DNA of 63,996 bases, the filler included, from Dimargaris cristalligena (taxonomy: Eukaryota): the NCBI GenBank assembly GCA_003614675.1. It is 10 parts of 10 records of this genome, joined end to end, with 100 filler letters (N's around TTAATTAATTAA, not from the genome) between each part and the next. Parts side by side here need not be neighbours in the genome. Positions count along the whole stretch, not along the records: positions 46,009 to 52,445 come from ML003518.1; positions 52,546 to 58,969 come from ML003519.1; positions 59,070 to 63,996 come from ML003707.1; 7 more parts are not named here. One strand, written 5' to 3'. The translations under genes were made by a program, and so were the position numbers. Positions 47,590 to 59,091 of the stretch are shown in pieces (the first letter of the stretch is position 1; every line of letters starts with the position of its first letter). The notes beneath the pieces are model-generated. The model saw only the letters and a program-made list of their open reading frames with translations. It searched no databases and was not told the DNA's origin.

Positions 47590-49065
47590 TCAAAGGAAAT
47601 ATTCGAATGTTATAACATCTTGGTCGGATAAATAGAGTAGCCCACCACTAGGCAGCTCCTCCGCACAGACAAAGGTGCGACTCGTGACCGGCGCCACCTG
47701 GAGCTCGGTCTCTAGTATCCCGGCCGCCCGTTGCCACCCCATGGTCCTGGCGCAGCCTACGATGTACGGGTCAAAGTGGCTATTTTTCCACCGCCACTCC
47801 TGCTGCATTTTTTCGAGCGGGTGGCCCAATTGTAATCCCAGGGTATGGATCAGCCGGGGTACCCGCTGGTATTCGGTTGCGATCATTAGGATAGAGAGGC
47901 CATCCCGGACCCATTCACGGAGACTGCCCCAATGTTCATGAGCGATGAGGGCCCACACGATCAAATACAGCAGTTTCTGGGTGGCCTGGTGGCCGAACCG
48001 CTCTCGCAGTAAAAACGAATTGGCAACCTTTGCCATGGCTAAGTTCCGGCGTAGGTAACCGGTGGGCTCCTTACTGGCCAGGTCATGGGCCAGGGCCGTG
48101 TGTTCACCCTTCAGCCACGTCATCATCAGACCGTTAGCTATCGGCCGGTCGGCGGAATGCAATTGAACATATGCCAGGGCAGCCAGGGTCTTAATATGGT
48201 ACGGATTGGCTTGGCGGGCGAGGTAAATGACCGGGCAGAACGTCTTGAGCCAGTTATCGGACAAGGACGCCAAAGGAACTCGGTGCCGTTGGCTTTCAAT
48301 AGCCGCTAAAAGGGGTATGGACTGTTCAATAATGGGTTGCACATGGAGGGGGGTTAAGCGACCGGCTTTTTGATCCGGAGGTAGTGGATATCCAAGAGGG
48401 GTGAAGCCAACCCGGGTGAGCTGGTCCTGTATCCGGAATTTCATAAACATCGAGTAGACTTCCAGGGACACCAGTTTGAGGGATGCTTCAATCATGGATT
48501 GTTCCACCACCAGGTGGGGTGTGTTGAAGATGTCCTTTTTCTGACACTGTTCCATGAAAGTATCGACCAGCTGGACTCGTGGATAATATAAAGCATATTA
48601 TGTGGGCATCGAAGGGGAGGGTGGGGAGGAATCAAAGTATATATGACTGGGGGGTTGATAGTGAGTCACCGGGAATTGCGTGTGCAAGGAATAGGAAGAG
48701 GTGTTCTAAACGCAGTGTTAAACTATAGACGTGCTGTTGGTTTAAGCCCAAATTAAATACGGATATATTCCCTCAATAATACCATTGTAAGATGGTGTGG
48801 TTCATCTTTATATATATATATATATATATACTATTCTCCGATGACTAACCTTCAATTTGGCCTGACCCTGTTCTCTTAACCAGTCTTCCCGCCAGTCCCG
48901 GCAGGTACTTCCCCATTCCTGCTGAGTCTCCCATGAGCACGATTTAAAGATATTGAAGCGAATATCCGCTGGAAACGCGTTGGCGAATTGGGCGATGTCG
49001 ACACTGTAGGCCGGGTTCGGATGGGCCAGGGTGGCCAAAATGACGAACAGGAGTGGGCGCATCAT
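47590..49065 (-). CDS. Secreted-type protein (398 aa) with an N-terminal F-box-like motif; exons 49065-48850 and 48570-47590
   Basis: MMRPLLFVILATLAHPNPAYS signal-like leader followed by FPADIRFNIFKSCS...STCRDWR. GTTAGT...CAG phase-0 intron joins in frame to the 321-aa ORF. TATATAA upstream at ~49182-49188. Confidence 0.75.
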
Positions 49066-51076
49066 GGTGAATGGCAAGGCTCTATTTTGGAGCAGAAATA
49101 TTAAATGGGGAGGGGGTGGTGGGATATAAGGATAGAAAATGGGCGATGATCGATTAAACTGCAGGGGACGGTGACAGGTCATTATATAGGCCTCACTTAA
49201 TGTAGATAATGGGACTTTACCCTAGTGGCGTTGTGTATCCACATTTCCTAGGTTTATCCCCTATTCCGACTAAAATTATCCACTGTCGCTCTGATTTGCA
49301 GCGCCAAAAAAAAGGGGGGGTATATTTTAGCGTATAGTTGGCGAACGAAGAGAGGAGTGGTTGGACGACAATGATTACGCTATAAAGGGAGGGGGGGGTA
49401 TTGTTATGGGGAAGGGAGCACGGTGGGTTAGTATGGAGGAGGAAGTGCCGCTGAGATTGTACAACCCCGCCACTTGAAAAGGGGTTGCTGTACAACATTG
49501 AAATCCAAGCATTGTACAATAACTTTTGGTTCGATTTGACGGCCTGGCTGGTACATTACGCGTCCCTAAACATGCCCTACCGTAATCCAATCTCGCCCCT
49601 ACCAACCGTACCCCTTGTCACTCTAGGCCATTGGGTTGTAGCAGGCATCCTTTAGATATCTTCATTGTATTTTATATTTCCCAATCCGAAGCATTATTAT
49701 TGTCATTGTCATTGTCATTGTCGTTGTTATTGATATTGGTATTAGCGGTGTAGTTGCGGTTGCATCAATCCGCTATTTCCTGATCAGGGAATACCCCCCC
49801 CCCGCCTTGGCCGCAAACATGTAAATAGAGCGATGCGGCCTGTCAGTCATTGTTGTGGGTAGTACTTATTCCTGCTTAGCAGACCCCGCCTGGTCCGACC
49901 AAAATAGTAGGACCAACGCGGCCTTGTATAACACGGCGGTTTTTTGAGCGTAAAAATATCCTACCGGACTTGGAAATACACCCGATGGATGCGGTTAGAT
50001 ATCCCTCAGTTCCTTTTCCCCTAGTCTATTGCCCTGAACCAGCTTGTAAATATTAGAAAGAGGGATATCATCCCATCGATCATGTTTAGAAATTAGTGGT
50101 GTTGATTGGGTTGGATGGAATGGGGAGTAACGTAGGCGCGGCTGGACTTCCCAAACAGTATGCCTCATACACCGGCCGTATAAACCGCGCGCCTACTCAG
50201 TAGATAATCCAATATCGGCAGGACACAGAGGAACTATCTGAATCGCGTAGTTTTTTGTAGTATAGAGTGGTTCCCTTTAATCAAACAAGCCCGTCAGGGC
50301 CTCCTCGCTCATATATTTATTAGCTCTAAGTTGCTGTGGAACGCCATACTCTGCTAAGCCCTTCTAGATGGAATCGATGTATTCGATCAGCCAATTATGG
50401 TTTAATACTAGCTTACTAAGTTGCGCGATATCTCTAGATCTAATGGGTGTAAAAATATCTCTGCCGCAGCACCCCTTGGTAAGCTGTTGTAATCTGCGAA
50501 TAATCTGTTCATATATCTACATATAAATAGAGCTGCTACCCTACGCCTGGCAAGGGACTGGTATTTCATCATTTCTTAGTCAGTTTATAAAGCATACACC
50601 AATCCTCTATTCTATTTTATCATTCCTTTATCATTCCAAGCCATAATGTATTGAATGTCCATTATTGTCTTCTTTTGAAACAAATACCACCAAAAATATT
50701 ATGCCACTACTCGACTACTCTGCCTGCCTGATACCATCCGTTTGTATTTGAAGTGAACGGGGCAGGCAGCACCTCTACTATTCATAAAAATAAAGAGTTG
50801 TCGGTTCCTATTTCTTGGAACGACGAGGGTCCAATAATAGAACTTCAGCATAGGCTTCCAATTGTTTTCCTGACTTGGTTTCACATCATTCGCCGTTATT
50901 TTTTAATTACAGGGACAGTGGTGTGTGAGCGTATTTCCTGCACTGTCCGGAACCTGACGATTCGTTCAATGGCAATTATCAAGTCAGGTGACTCCGTTAA
51001 ACCAGAGCGGTTGTGGATTGGTAGCCATTAATAATAAGGCCTTAGGATACCCCTTCCCTTTTTTCTCTTCACCCCC

Positions 51077-52445
51077 ATGGACGAGGCCGACTATCTACAA
51101 GAAAGGTTCGACCCTAGTAAACTCCGCGTCGCTGACTTGCGGCGGATCCTCTTGGAACACCACGTCCCTTTCGTCAGTCTCGACTGGAAAAAGGTCCTTG
51201 TCGATTTGTTCACCGACAATATTGCCCAGAAAGCTTCAACTTTACACCAGAAAAAACAACAGCAGGTCGAAGCCAACGCCGATGGTATTGGATTCGTATC
51301 CCAGGCCGAATCCACCCAACCCCGCGCCCGTCGGTCAGTCAGGCCCGCCTCTGAAGCCGCTTCCGTTGGGGCGGATGCTTCAGCAACGGCCTCCCGGGCG
51401 TCTACAGATACCCAGTTAATCCCCCGGCTAGGTAAACGTAAATTGACTACTAGTAAGCCGGCCTTCCCTTCGGCCCCGGTAAGTACAGGTGAATCTGGTG
51501 CTGCGGGAAAACGTTCTTCAGCGACGGCTCCCATTGATTTTAGCGACGATGATGACGATGCCAAGGGTTCCACCTCCCGGCAGGTGACCCCCAAAATGAC
51601 CGCCCAGGCTTTAGTCAGTGGCAGCAGCGGTACCCCCTGCACCCGTGCCCAAGCCCGGATCCGGAAAACTCCGTTAATGCGCAAGATTTCATCATTGGGC
51701 CTGGCCGTTAAAACCGTGGCCTTGGATACTGTACTATCATCGGCCACAACCTCCTGTCGAACCAGGGCGGAGCTCCTGGTCAATGAGGATGGCACTTCAG
51801 CCCCCCCCGGCCCGTTGACCTGGACGACTAAAGAGCTTGTTCAATCCGCACTGGGCCCAGTCGACAGCCCTTTGCAATCCCCTACTTTTCCGCCTGTCCA
51901 CGCCGGTGGCCAGTCATCCGGGCTGGCCTCGGCCCGTAAACCCACCGCGACCTACCAGCCACGCTCCGATTCACCGCCGCTCAAGAAATTGCGGCCTTCT
52001 AACACTTTGACTACCACCACCTCCACTACCACTAAATCTAACCGACGGGTTCGCCATACGCTGGCGGCTCCCGATGAATCAACTAATCACCAGGGTGAAG
52101 GCGGCGAGGTCTTTTCCGACTATAATCCATTCCAAAGTGGGCCTGATTCACAAATCCCCGAACACCCCCGCATTACTAAAAAAGTTCGCAAGAAGACGAC
52201 CAAGAGTTGGCGTCACATTACAATCATGGGTCCGTCTGCTCAAGCCGACGGGGACGACCGTGGTCAAGTAGAGGAAACAGGGACTCTGGCCTCGCAGTAC
52301 GCGGTTCATCAATTTACGTTCCATTGCGAACCTACTCTGTCCAGGTGGTCTTCGGCGGCCCCTAGTCCTTATGCTATGCGGTCTCCCCCGATGTTCCAAA
52401 AGGCTATGATGGCTATCCCTATTGTCTACCAGCAAACTCCGTCGG
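51077..52445 (+). CDS. Inner nuclear membrane HeH/LEM-domain protein (Src1/Heh1/Man1 family), 3' truncated
   Basis: DYLQERFDPSKLRVADLRRILLEHHV...KKVLVDLF (HeH domain) and FSDYNPFQSG motif. Confidence 0.85.
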
Positions 52446-52730
52446 NNNNNNNNNNNNNNNNNNNNNNNNNNNNNNNNNNNNNNNNNNNNTTAATTAATTA
52501 ANNNNNNNNNNNNNNNNNNNNNNNNNNNNNNNNNNNNNNNNNNNNTAAATTACCTTGGCCACCTATCTATATCCCCCCCCCCCCCATTTCGGCCTCTTCA
52601 CGAATTCCCTTCAGCAATTCACACTACCGGCCACCCTGCGCCGTTCACTATCACCTTACCAGCCTTCACTCTTCATACTGCCACACTAACTGTTGTTTGG
52701 TTAGCCCGCCGTTGTTTATTGTGAGTAGCC

Positions 52731-54017
52731 ATGGAACACAACAAAGATGAGGCCCTGCGCTGCATCGAGATTGCCAAGCGCCACCTGGCCCAGGGCAACC
52801 TGCCAGGGGCTCTGAAATTCACCAAAAAGTCCATCGCTTTGTACCCCACCCCCACTGCCGAGACCCTACTTCGACGCCTGGAATCCGCTGCCTCCAACGG
52901 CCCCTCAGCCGCGGGCGAATCAGCCAGTGCCGGTAACCCAACTGCCTCTTCCGATCGGGCCTATTCCTCGGCCCGAACCGCCAGTGCCTCCGCCAACCTA
53001 CGACAACGGGGGACCGGTTCCAACAGCGAAAAGCAACCCACCGCGGGTCCACCGGAGCGGGAATTCACCCCCGACCAGGCTGCCGCCGTCCAAAAGATCA
53101 AGGCCTGCGGGGAGGATCTATACGCCATCCTGAGTGTCGACAAGGGGGCGACAGATGTCGAGATCAAGAAATCCTACCGCAAACTGGCCCTGCAGTTCCA
53201 TCCCGATAAGAATGGCGCCCCAGGGGCAGACGAGGCATTCAAATCGATTAGTCGGGCTTTCACCATTTTGAGCGACGCCGATAAGCGGGCCCACTACGAC
53301 CGATTCGGTGCCGATACCGATTCCCGGATGAGCGGGGGTGGAGGAGGCTCCCATGGACCCTCCTTCGCCCAAAGTGGCATGTACGAACAGGAAGTCAGTC
53401 CCGAGGAATTATTCAACATGTTCTTTGGGGGCGGCCCGGCCGGGGCCGGGGGAAACGCCTTCTTCGCCAGCTCCTTCGGGCCCAATGTGCGGTTCCAACA
53501 GTTCGGAGGTCGGCCCGCTCGGGGGGCCTTCCGTCGACCGGGCCAAGCCGCCGCCGCCGGTCGCGATAACTCCATCACTTCCACCCTCTTTGCTTTGCTC
53601 CCCCTGCTTTTCGTTCTCTTGCCTCTTCTCACGTCACTTTTATCTTCCGTCTTTTACACGTTCAGCTCGTCCTATTCGCCGCCCGAACCCGATTTTGCGT
53701 TTCAGCCGACCCGTCAACTGCCCACCGAGCGCATCACCCGCGAGCATGCCATCCCTTACTACGTGAACAGCCGAGACTTTGCCGCCGCCTTCGATAGTAA
53801 CCCACGGCGCCTTAACCAGTTCGAACGTTCCATCCAAATCCACTTTGTCAAACATCTCCAACATTTGTGCCAGCGTGAAATAGATCTAAAGCGGGAAGCA
53901 ATTTACCGTGCGCAGGGCTGGTTGGGTCTGTCCATTGACGAAGAAAAACTTAGAAAGGCCCAGGAAATGCCCTTACCATCGTGTGATCGGTTGAACGAGA
54001 TGCGACGATCTGGCTAA
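52731..54017 (+). CDS. HLJ1: ER membrane J-domain protein, Hlj1/DNAJB12/14-like
   Basis: NKDEALRCIEIA N-terminus, J domain with HPD, SPEELFNMFFGG, a transmembrane segment, and a DUF1977-like C-terminus with two Cys. Confidence 0.92.
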   Translation: MEHNKDEALRCIEIAKRHLAQGNLPGALKFTKKSIALYPTPTAETLLRRLESAASNGPSAAGESASAGNPTASSDRAYSSARTASASANLRQRGTGSNSEKQPTAGPPEREFTPDQAAAVQKIKACGEDLYAILSVDKGATDVEIKKSYRKLALQFHPDKNGAPGADEAFKSISRAFTILSDADKRAHYDRFGADTDSRMSGGGGGSHGPSFAQSGMYEQEVSPEELFNMFFGGGPAGAGGNAFFASSFGPNVRFQQFGGRPARGAFRRPGQAAAAGRDNSITSTLFALLPLLFVLLPLLTSLLSSVFYTFSSSYSPPEPDFAFQPTRQLPTERITREHAIPYYVNSRDFAAAFDSNPRRLNQFERSIQIHFVKHLQHLCQREIDLKREAIYRAQGWLGLSIDEEKLRKAQEMPLPSCDRLNEMRRSG

Positions 54018-54040
54018 CCTTCATTTTTATCATTTATACA

Positions 54041-54071
<31 letters not shown>

Positions 54072-55495
54072 TCAAAAAAAAAAGCGAAGGAACGAATAAG
54101 GTTTAAATACTGGGCCACTGTCACTTGTCCAGTCGAGATAGCTAAGCATGTTGGTTCTATTTATTGGTCTCTAATTCGTGAGCCAGCTTATGGCATCGTT
54201 GGACAAGTAGAGGGATGCCTGCACAACCGTTGACTTCGTCTCATCTGATTTATATAGTACCTATTTTTCACCCTAAGGTTACGTGGCTCTTTCTCCAGTC
54301 AGCAATGTATCTCGTGTGTACGTTTTTACAATTATTATTACCATTACCTCATTCTCTTGACTACGGACAAAATACAAATACAAGAATCGGATCCGAGCTT
54401 ACTGGTCAGAATTGACCTGTATACTACTGGACCAGACCCGGGTGGTAGAATGGGTAGTACCTAAACAATCCCCATCCAGTCCTTCCATAGCGAACTATAT
54501 GTATGTGGGATGGGGAGGTCGGGATGGCATACCTATTACCAATAGTTGGACATCACGAAATTCAAGAAAAACCCACAGTTAAGCAGTACCTCAAGTATGT
54601 AATATTGGTTATGGATGATTCTAAATTAAGGGGAGTACTAGTGTCGCAACGAACAAATAAGGGGGAGGGGCGTCACATGTGTCAACCGTGCTTAGCCCTT
54701 CTAAGCGACACAGGGATAGACATCTTAGCCATTTTGTTTGTAAAATCCGACTTGGGCCAGGTCTTTTTTAAAAATCCCAGTTAGGGTTTCTTAACTTGGT
54801 CTGATACCTGGGTAGTAATGAAGTGATGTCCCAGCTCCATGCATACGGGCTTTCTTTGAAGTACCAACCCTACAGAACCCTGGGGATACCTGATTTGTTT
54901 AGCTTTGAACTAATTCCTGATTGTATATATATGGACATATTTCACTGAACACTAAGATATATCAAATCCAAATATTATTGTACCTATTTGTTTTATCCAC
55001 CAGGTTACCAAACTAGCTAGAGCTGCGCCTGGAAATTTCTTGACATGGTTCAAATAATTTACAGACTGAGTAAACCCGCTATTTTTTTAAACCAGCATCC
55101 ATTCCATTTGCGTATGTGTCGGCATTTCTAATGGCTATTAGCGCGGTCTTCTTTTTATCTGCTAAGAAGCCCGCCTGTTAATCAATAAAATAGACCATGC
55201 GAGCAATAAATGGTGAATTCCATGGCTAATGTACTCTTAATAAAATTTATTTATAATATTATCGAACTGAGCTAAAATTATAAGGCGACTAATAGATATG
55301 TGGAAGGGAAGGCCGGAATAGCCGACCAATATCCCATTGATAGATAATTAAGGAACATCTCGTGATAATTTGGCTATTGGGAAGTATTACTCTCGTGCCA
55401 GTGTTCCTTGGCCATGTAGCTCGCTTGGCGTGATACACCATCAAATAAGTTGGCGGTATCGGTGCTGATGATAAATGATCATAGCCTCGCACGCA

Positions 55496-56116
55496 TTAAC
55501 AAATAGGTGAGCCAACCCCGCCCACTGCGCCGTTTAACCCGCTAAAATAGGCTCTTTGGCAGTCCATGCCAGACTCAATGTAATCAAACAAATCCTTTTC
55601 AGCCGGATTTTCCAGGTCAATACATATAACCCAGGGAATGTCAGATTTGGGGTCAAATTCATTTTCATAGAAACGTTTGATATCATTGTTGGATAAAGGG
55701 GTCACCATCGCCTGATTAATGGTTGGATAAATTTGTATCGAGTAGACCTTGCCTCGTTCTTTCCCCATGTTCAATTCGATTTGACTAAGGATCCATTCTC
55801 TCCTTGTGGGTGTATCCTTGTTGTCCTTGGCGGCTTCATAAATTTTCTTTAATTTGGCTTGAGACGGCTGTGAATCTCGAGGCGACGAATTAACTACACG
55901 GACTACAGGGGCTACATGTGGTTTAAATAGGTTTTTAAGTTTGCGTAACCCATTACGGATAAAGGCGCGGATACGGTCATTTAGTCCAGGCGTCGATGCA
56001 AGTGGCTGGACCTCACTTTGCTTGGGTAACATCGAGGATGCCTGTAAGTTGCTTGCCATTCCCACAGATAATACTGTGATCAGGCACGTAACCGTTACCA
56101 GGTGCTGGGGTCTCAT
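55496..56116 (-). CDS. Small orphan secreted-type protein (206 aa)
   Basis: ATG at 56116, MRPQHLVTVTCLITVLSVGMAS leader, intronless. No recognised domain. Confidence 0.65.
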   Translation of the reverse strand: MRPQHLVTVTCLITVLSVGMASNLQASSMLPKQSEVQPLASTPGLNDRIRAFIRNGLRKLKNLFKPHVAPVVRVVNSSPRDSQPSQAKLKKIYEAAKDNKDTPTRREWILSQIELNMGKERGKVYSIQIYPTINQAMVTPLSNNDIKRFYENEFDPKSDIPWVICIDLENPAEKDLFDYIESGMDCQRAYFSGLNGAVGGVGSPIC

Positions 56117-59091
56117 AGCGACCTTTATTCGACTTGGAAAACAAGGAAGGGGAAGGGGGAAGTCGTTAAAGATTGACAATACCCCAAAGTATAGGGTTTA
56201 GAGTATCCGGTGGGTAATGAGGTTAGAAGGGTAGTCTATTAAGACTCAAATAATATAAATATAATAGCGGTGATATATCTTTAGGATGATGTGCGATAGG
56301 CTCGACATTTATGCAATGCGGCTGCACTGTGATAGTCCCTTTGAGGTTTGAATAATGCAGAAACAGGGCAGCATTGATACCCTGAGCATCCATTCACATA
56401 ATACCCGCAGAAAGCCGGTCCTTCATCAGCGCAACGGCCATCAGCTGGTTGGCTTACTCGATTCCCAGACCAGCGACCCGGTCATTGAGGAACGCCTGGG
56501 TCTCGTCAACCGACCAGCCACGGCGGTGTCGATGCTTGAAAAAGACCCAACCAAATCCCCGTTAGGGTGTGAACACTTACATCCAATCTCCCGCTTCAAA
56601 TCCAAAAGCGGCGGTATTTGGAGAAAGGGAAGGGTTAAACAACTTTCCCAATACCCATGGAGGATGGTAAAAATAGGGACGAAAAAAAATATGAAATGCA
56701 TATGGGTAAAATTCAGCTCAACTCTAAAAGATTCTACATATCATATGTACAGGAAATAGGCAGGCGATTCATTTTTAACTCGCCGTATTATCTTTATCCA
56801 TCGGAGTTATCATTCGACAGCCTGGTTGAACCATTCCCAAATTCTTGGGCTGCTTTTCCGCCTGTTGAACACCACTTGGACGTAAAGCTAGGATGCCCAA
56901 CCCTGGCCATTCCTAATCCCAATCACCGATGCCAACTGTGGCCGAAACGAACCAATTATACTTGCCCTGGCGGTACTGCTTTCAACCGACAAAGCGGAGT
57001 CGGGTGGCTTTGTAAGAAGGGAAGTCCCGCGAGGTTTTCGTAGGTTTGGCGAATAGGACATGGTGTCAACGGGAGGGTCCACATTAGGAACTGCAAATCA
57101 CTTTGTTGATTTGTGAGCTGGGGCCCACGCACACCCATAGTTCACGGCTACTAATCTGGCCATTTTAACCCCCCCCTTCCGTCGTTTCCTATGCAGCTAC
57201 TCCGTGCATCCATTTCTCCGACGATTGACCGTCATTATAGTATATTTATATTTAAAAAATAAAAACTCCTTTGGAGAAACTTATATGGGAGACGCCCAGT
57301 TCCACTGTATAACTATAATCATATGCAATGTCACTAATTTCGACAGAGTAAAGCTAACTTTACTACCTATTTTACCATCTAGATTATTTTCCAAACTCTT
57401 ACATAGTTGTTGAGATTTATCTATATTCAAATGTTAAACCTGATCCCGTCCAAAAGGTCTTAAGGCATTAGACAAAATACAGCATTCGACATGCAGCCAA
57501 AAGTCGGGTATTATAATATCAGTCCTGTATGGGGTACATTCGACTCGATTATGTTAAGTATAATCCAAATGGGTCGACAAGTATTCATTGCAAAATGTCT
57601 AAGCAAAATTGACATAGCTTCCCTCTTTATTTTCCTACCATTCCTTGCTATATAATCCATTGAAAACTGACTTAATTAATGGCGAAATATTTTATATACT
57701 TGTAAGCTAGGCTATATCGTGCTTTCAAAGTACCGAAGCAATTCCATTTTCAGCAGTCAGTCTGTGGAACTCTATAGGATAATGGTACCATAATGGGAAT
57801 ACTCATCCCGTGAAAAAAAAATAGACAGTTTTTAAACATGACTATTATACACCATACAATGGCCAAGTCTTTCCAGCAAAAGTAGTTGGAGCCAAAAATA
57901 GTAGCAGTTTAATAGTAACTGTTATTTTTCCAAAATACGTGCTGAGATCCTGTTCTTGACTATTGAAGCATAGCGAAGCACCAACAATACACGACAGGAT
58001 GTGGGATTGTTGAATGCGACCATTAAATGGTGGATCTAGACAATTGCCATGAGAGGATGTGGTTGACAACATCCATAGAAAAGTTTTAAACAAAAGATAC
58101 CGTAATGACCATTAGTATTGAAAGGGGGTGCCAGCTGACTTTAGCATAAGCAAAATCAGCTAACCTTCGGCGTGTAATAGTTTCCTAGATATGGTTTACC
58201 ACTATGTCGATGAGGGTTGGATCAGTGGTTTCAGGATCTAAATCCAGCAGCTGTCGCCAAGCGGAGTCTGGTCTTAAACGAATTACGCGCCGTTCGGCTG
58301 AGCCACGCGGTTTACGGAAGGAGGAATCCCTGGGGTGGAATAATGTTCCCTGAAACGTAGGCAGTAGTTTGGCCTCTACGGTAGGGCTGGGTATCTCAGC
58401 TAAACTCGATGGAAATACAGTAGAGGTATGTAATAAGACCGATGGTTAGTTAGGCAAGGCCGTATACAAACAAGCGTGCGTAGGGGTGAACATGGATGAC
58501 AATATTGCCACAGGGGTTTGGCATTTCAGGAAGGGAACTACACTGCCGCAGTTGCTACGATTGCTGCTCTACCCGAGTGACCCGCGCTAGGCAGGGTGCT
58601 TAGGGAGCCGGGGCTGGGCCGTTGACCATGTCATTAGCTACGTCGCCCAACCAAGTTGAATCTGTTGTCTCCCATTAGGGATTGTTCTGGTGATGGCTTA
58701 GTTACCAAGCGAGGTGACAGTACTAGTGTTAAACAGCCAGAGGTATTTTCAAAGTGGTAGATGGGGAAGCCAGCTAGTAGGTAGTTTATCACAGGCACTA
58801 GGGGTGGCTGAAATGTAATTCACTATTGTTACAGGCCAGCTTGGAAAAATTAAAAATACAGCTGGCTGTAATAGTATCCCCTGGTGGGTGGTGGCATAGT
58901 ACCTGAGGAGTCTCTCGCTTGTAACCCAGTAAAGTATAATGGCAGACTACCTAGCTGCATATTTCATGCNNNNNNNNNNNNNNNNNNNNNNNNNNNNNNN
59001 NNNNNNNNNNNNNTTAATTAATTAANNNNNNNNNNNNNNNNNNNNNNNNNNNNNNNNNNNNNNNNNNNNCCCCGCTGATTAGAATATACGT

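Noticed and set aside
48808-48830. Microsatellites: (TA)n here and at 33858-33874, (ATT)n at ~54044-54071, (TGTA)n at ~46283-46302, (CATTGT)n at ~49704-49721
   Set aside because: Ordinary simple repeats; no repeat-spacer structure, so not CRISPR-like or telomeric.
6507-59069. TTAATTAATTAA recurring every ~6.55 kb
   Set aside because: Artificial stop-codon linker inside N runs; the spacing reflects size-sorted contigs, not biology.
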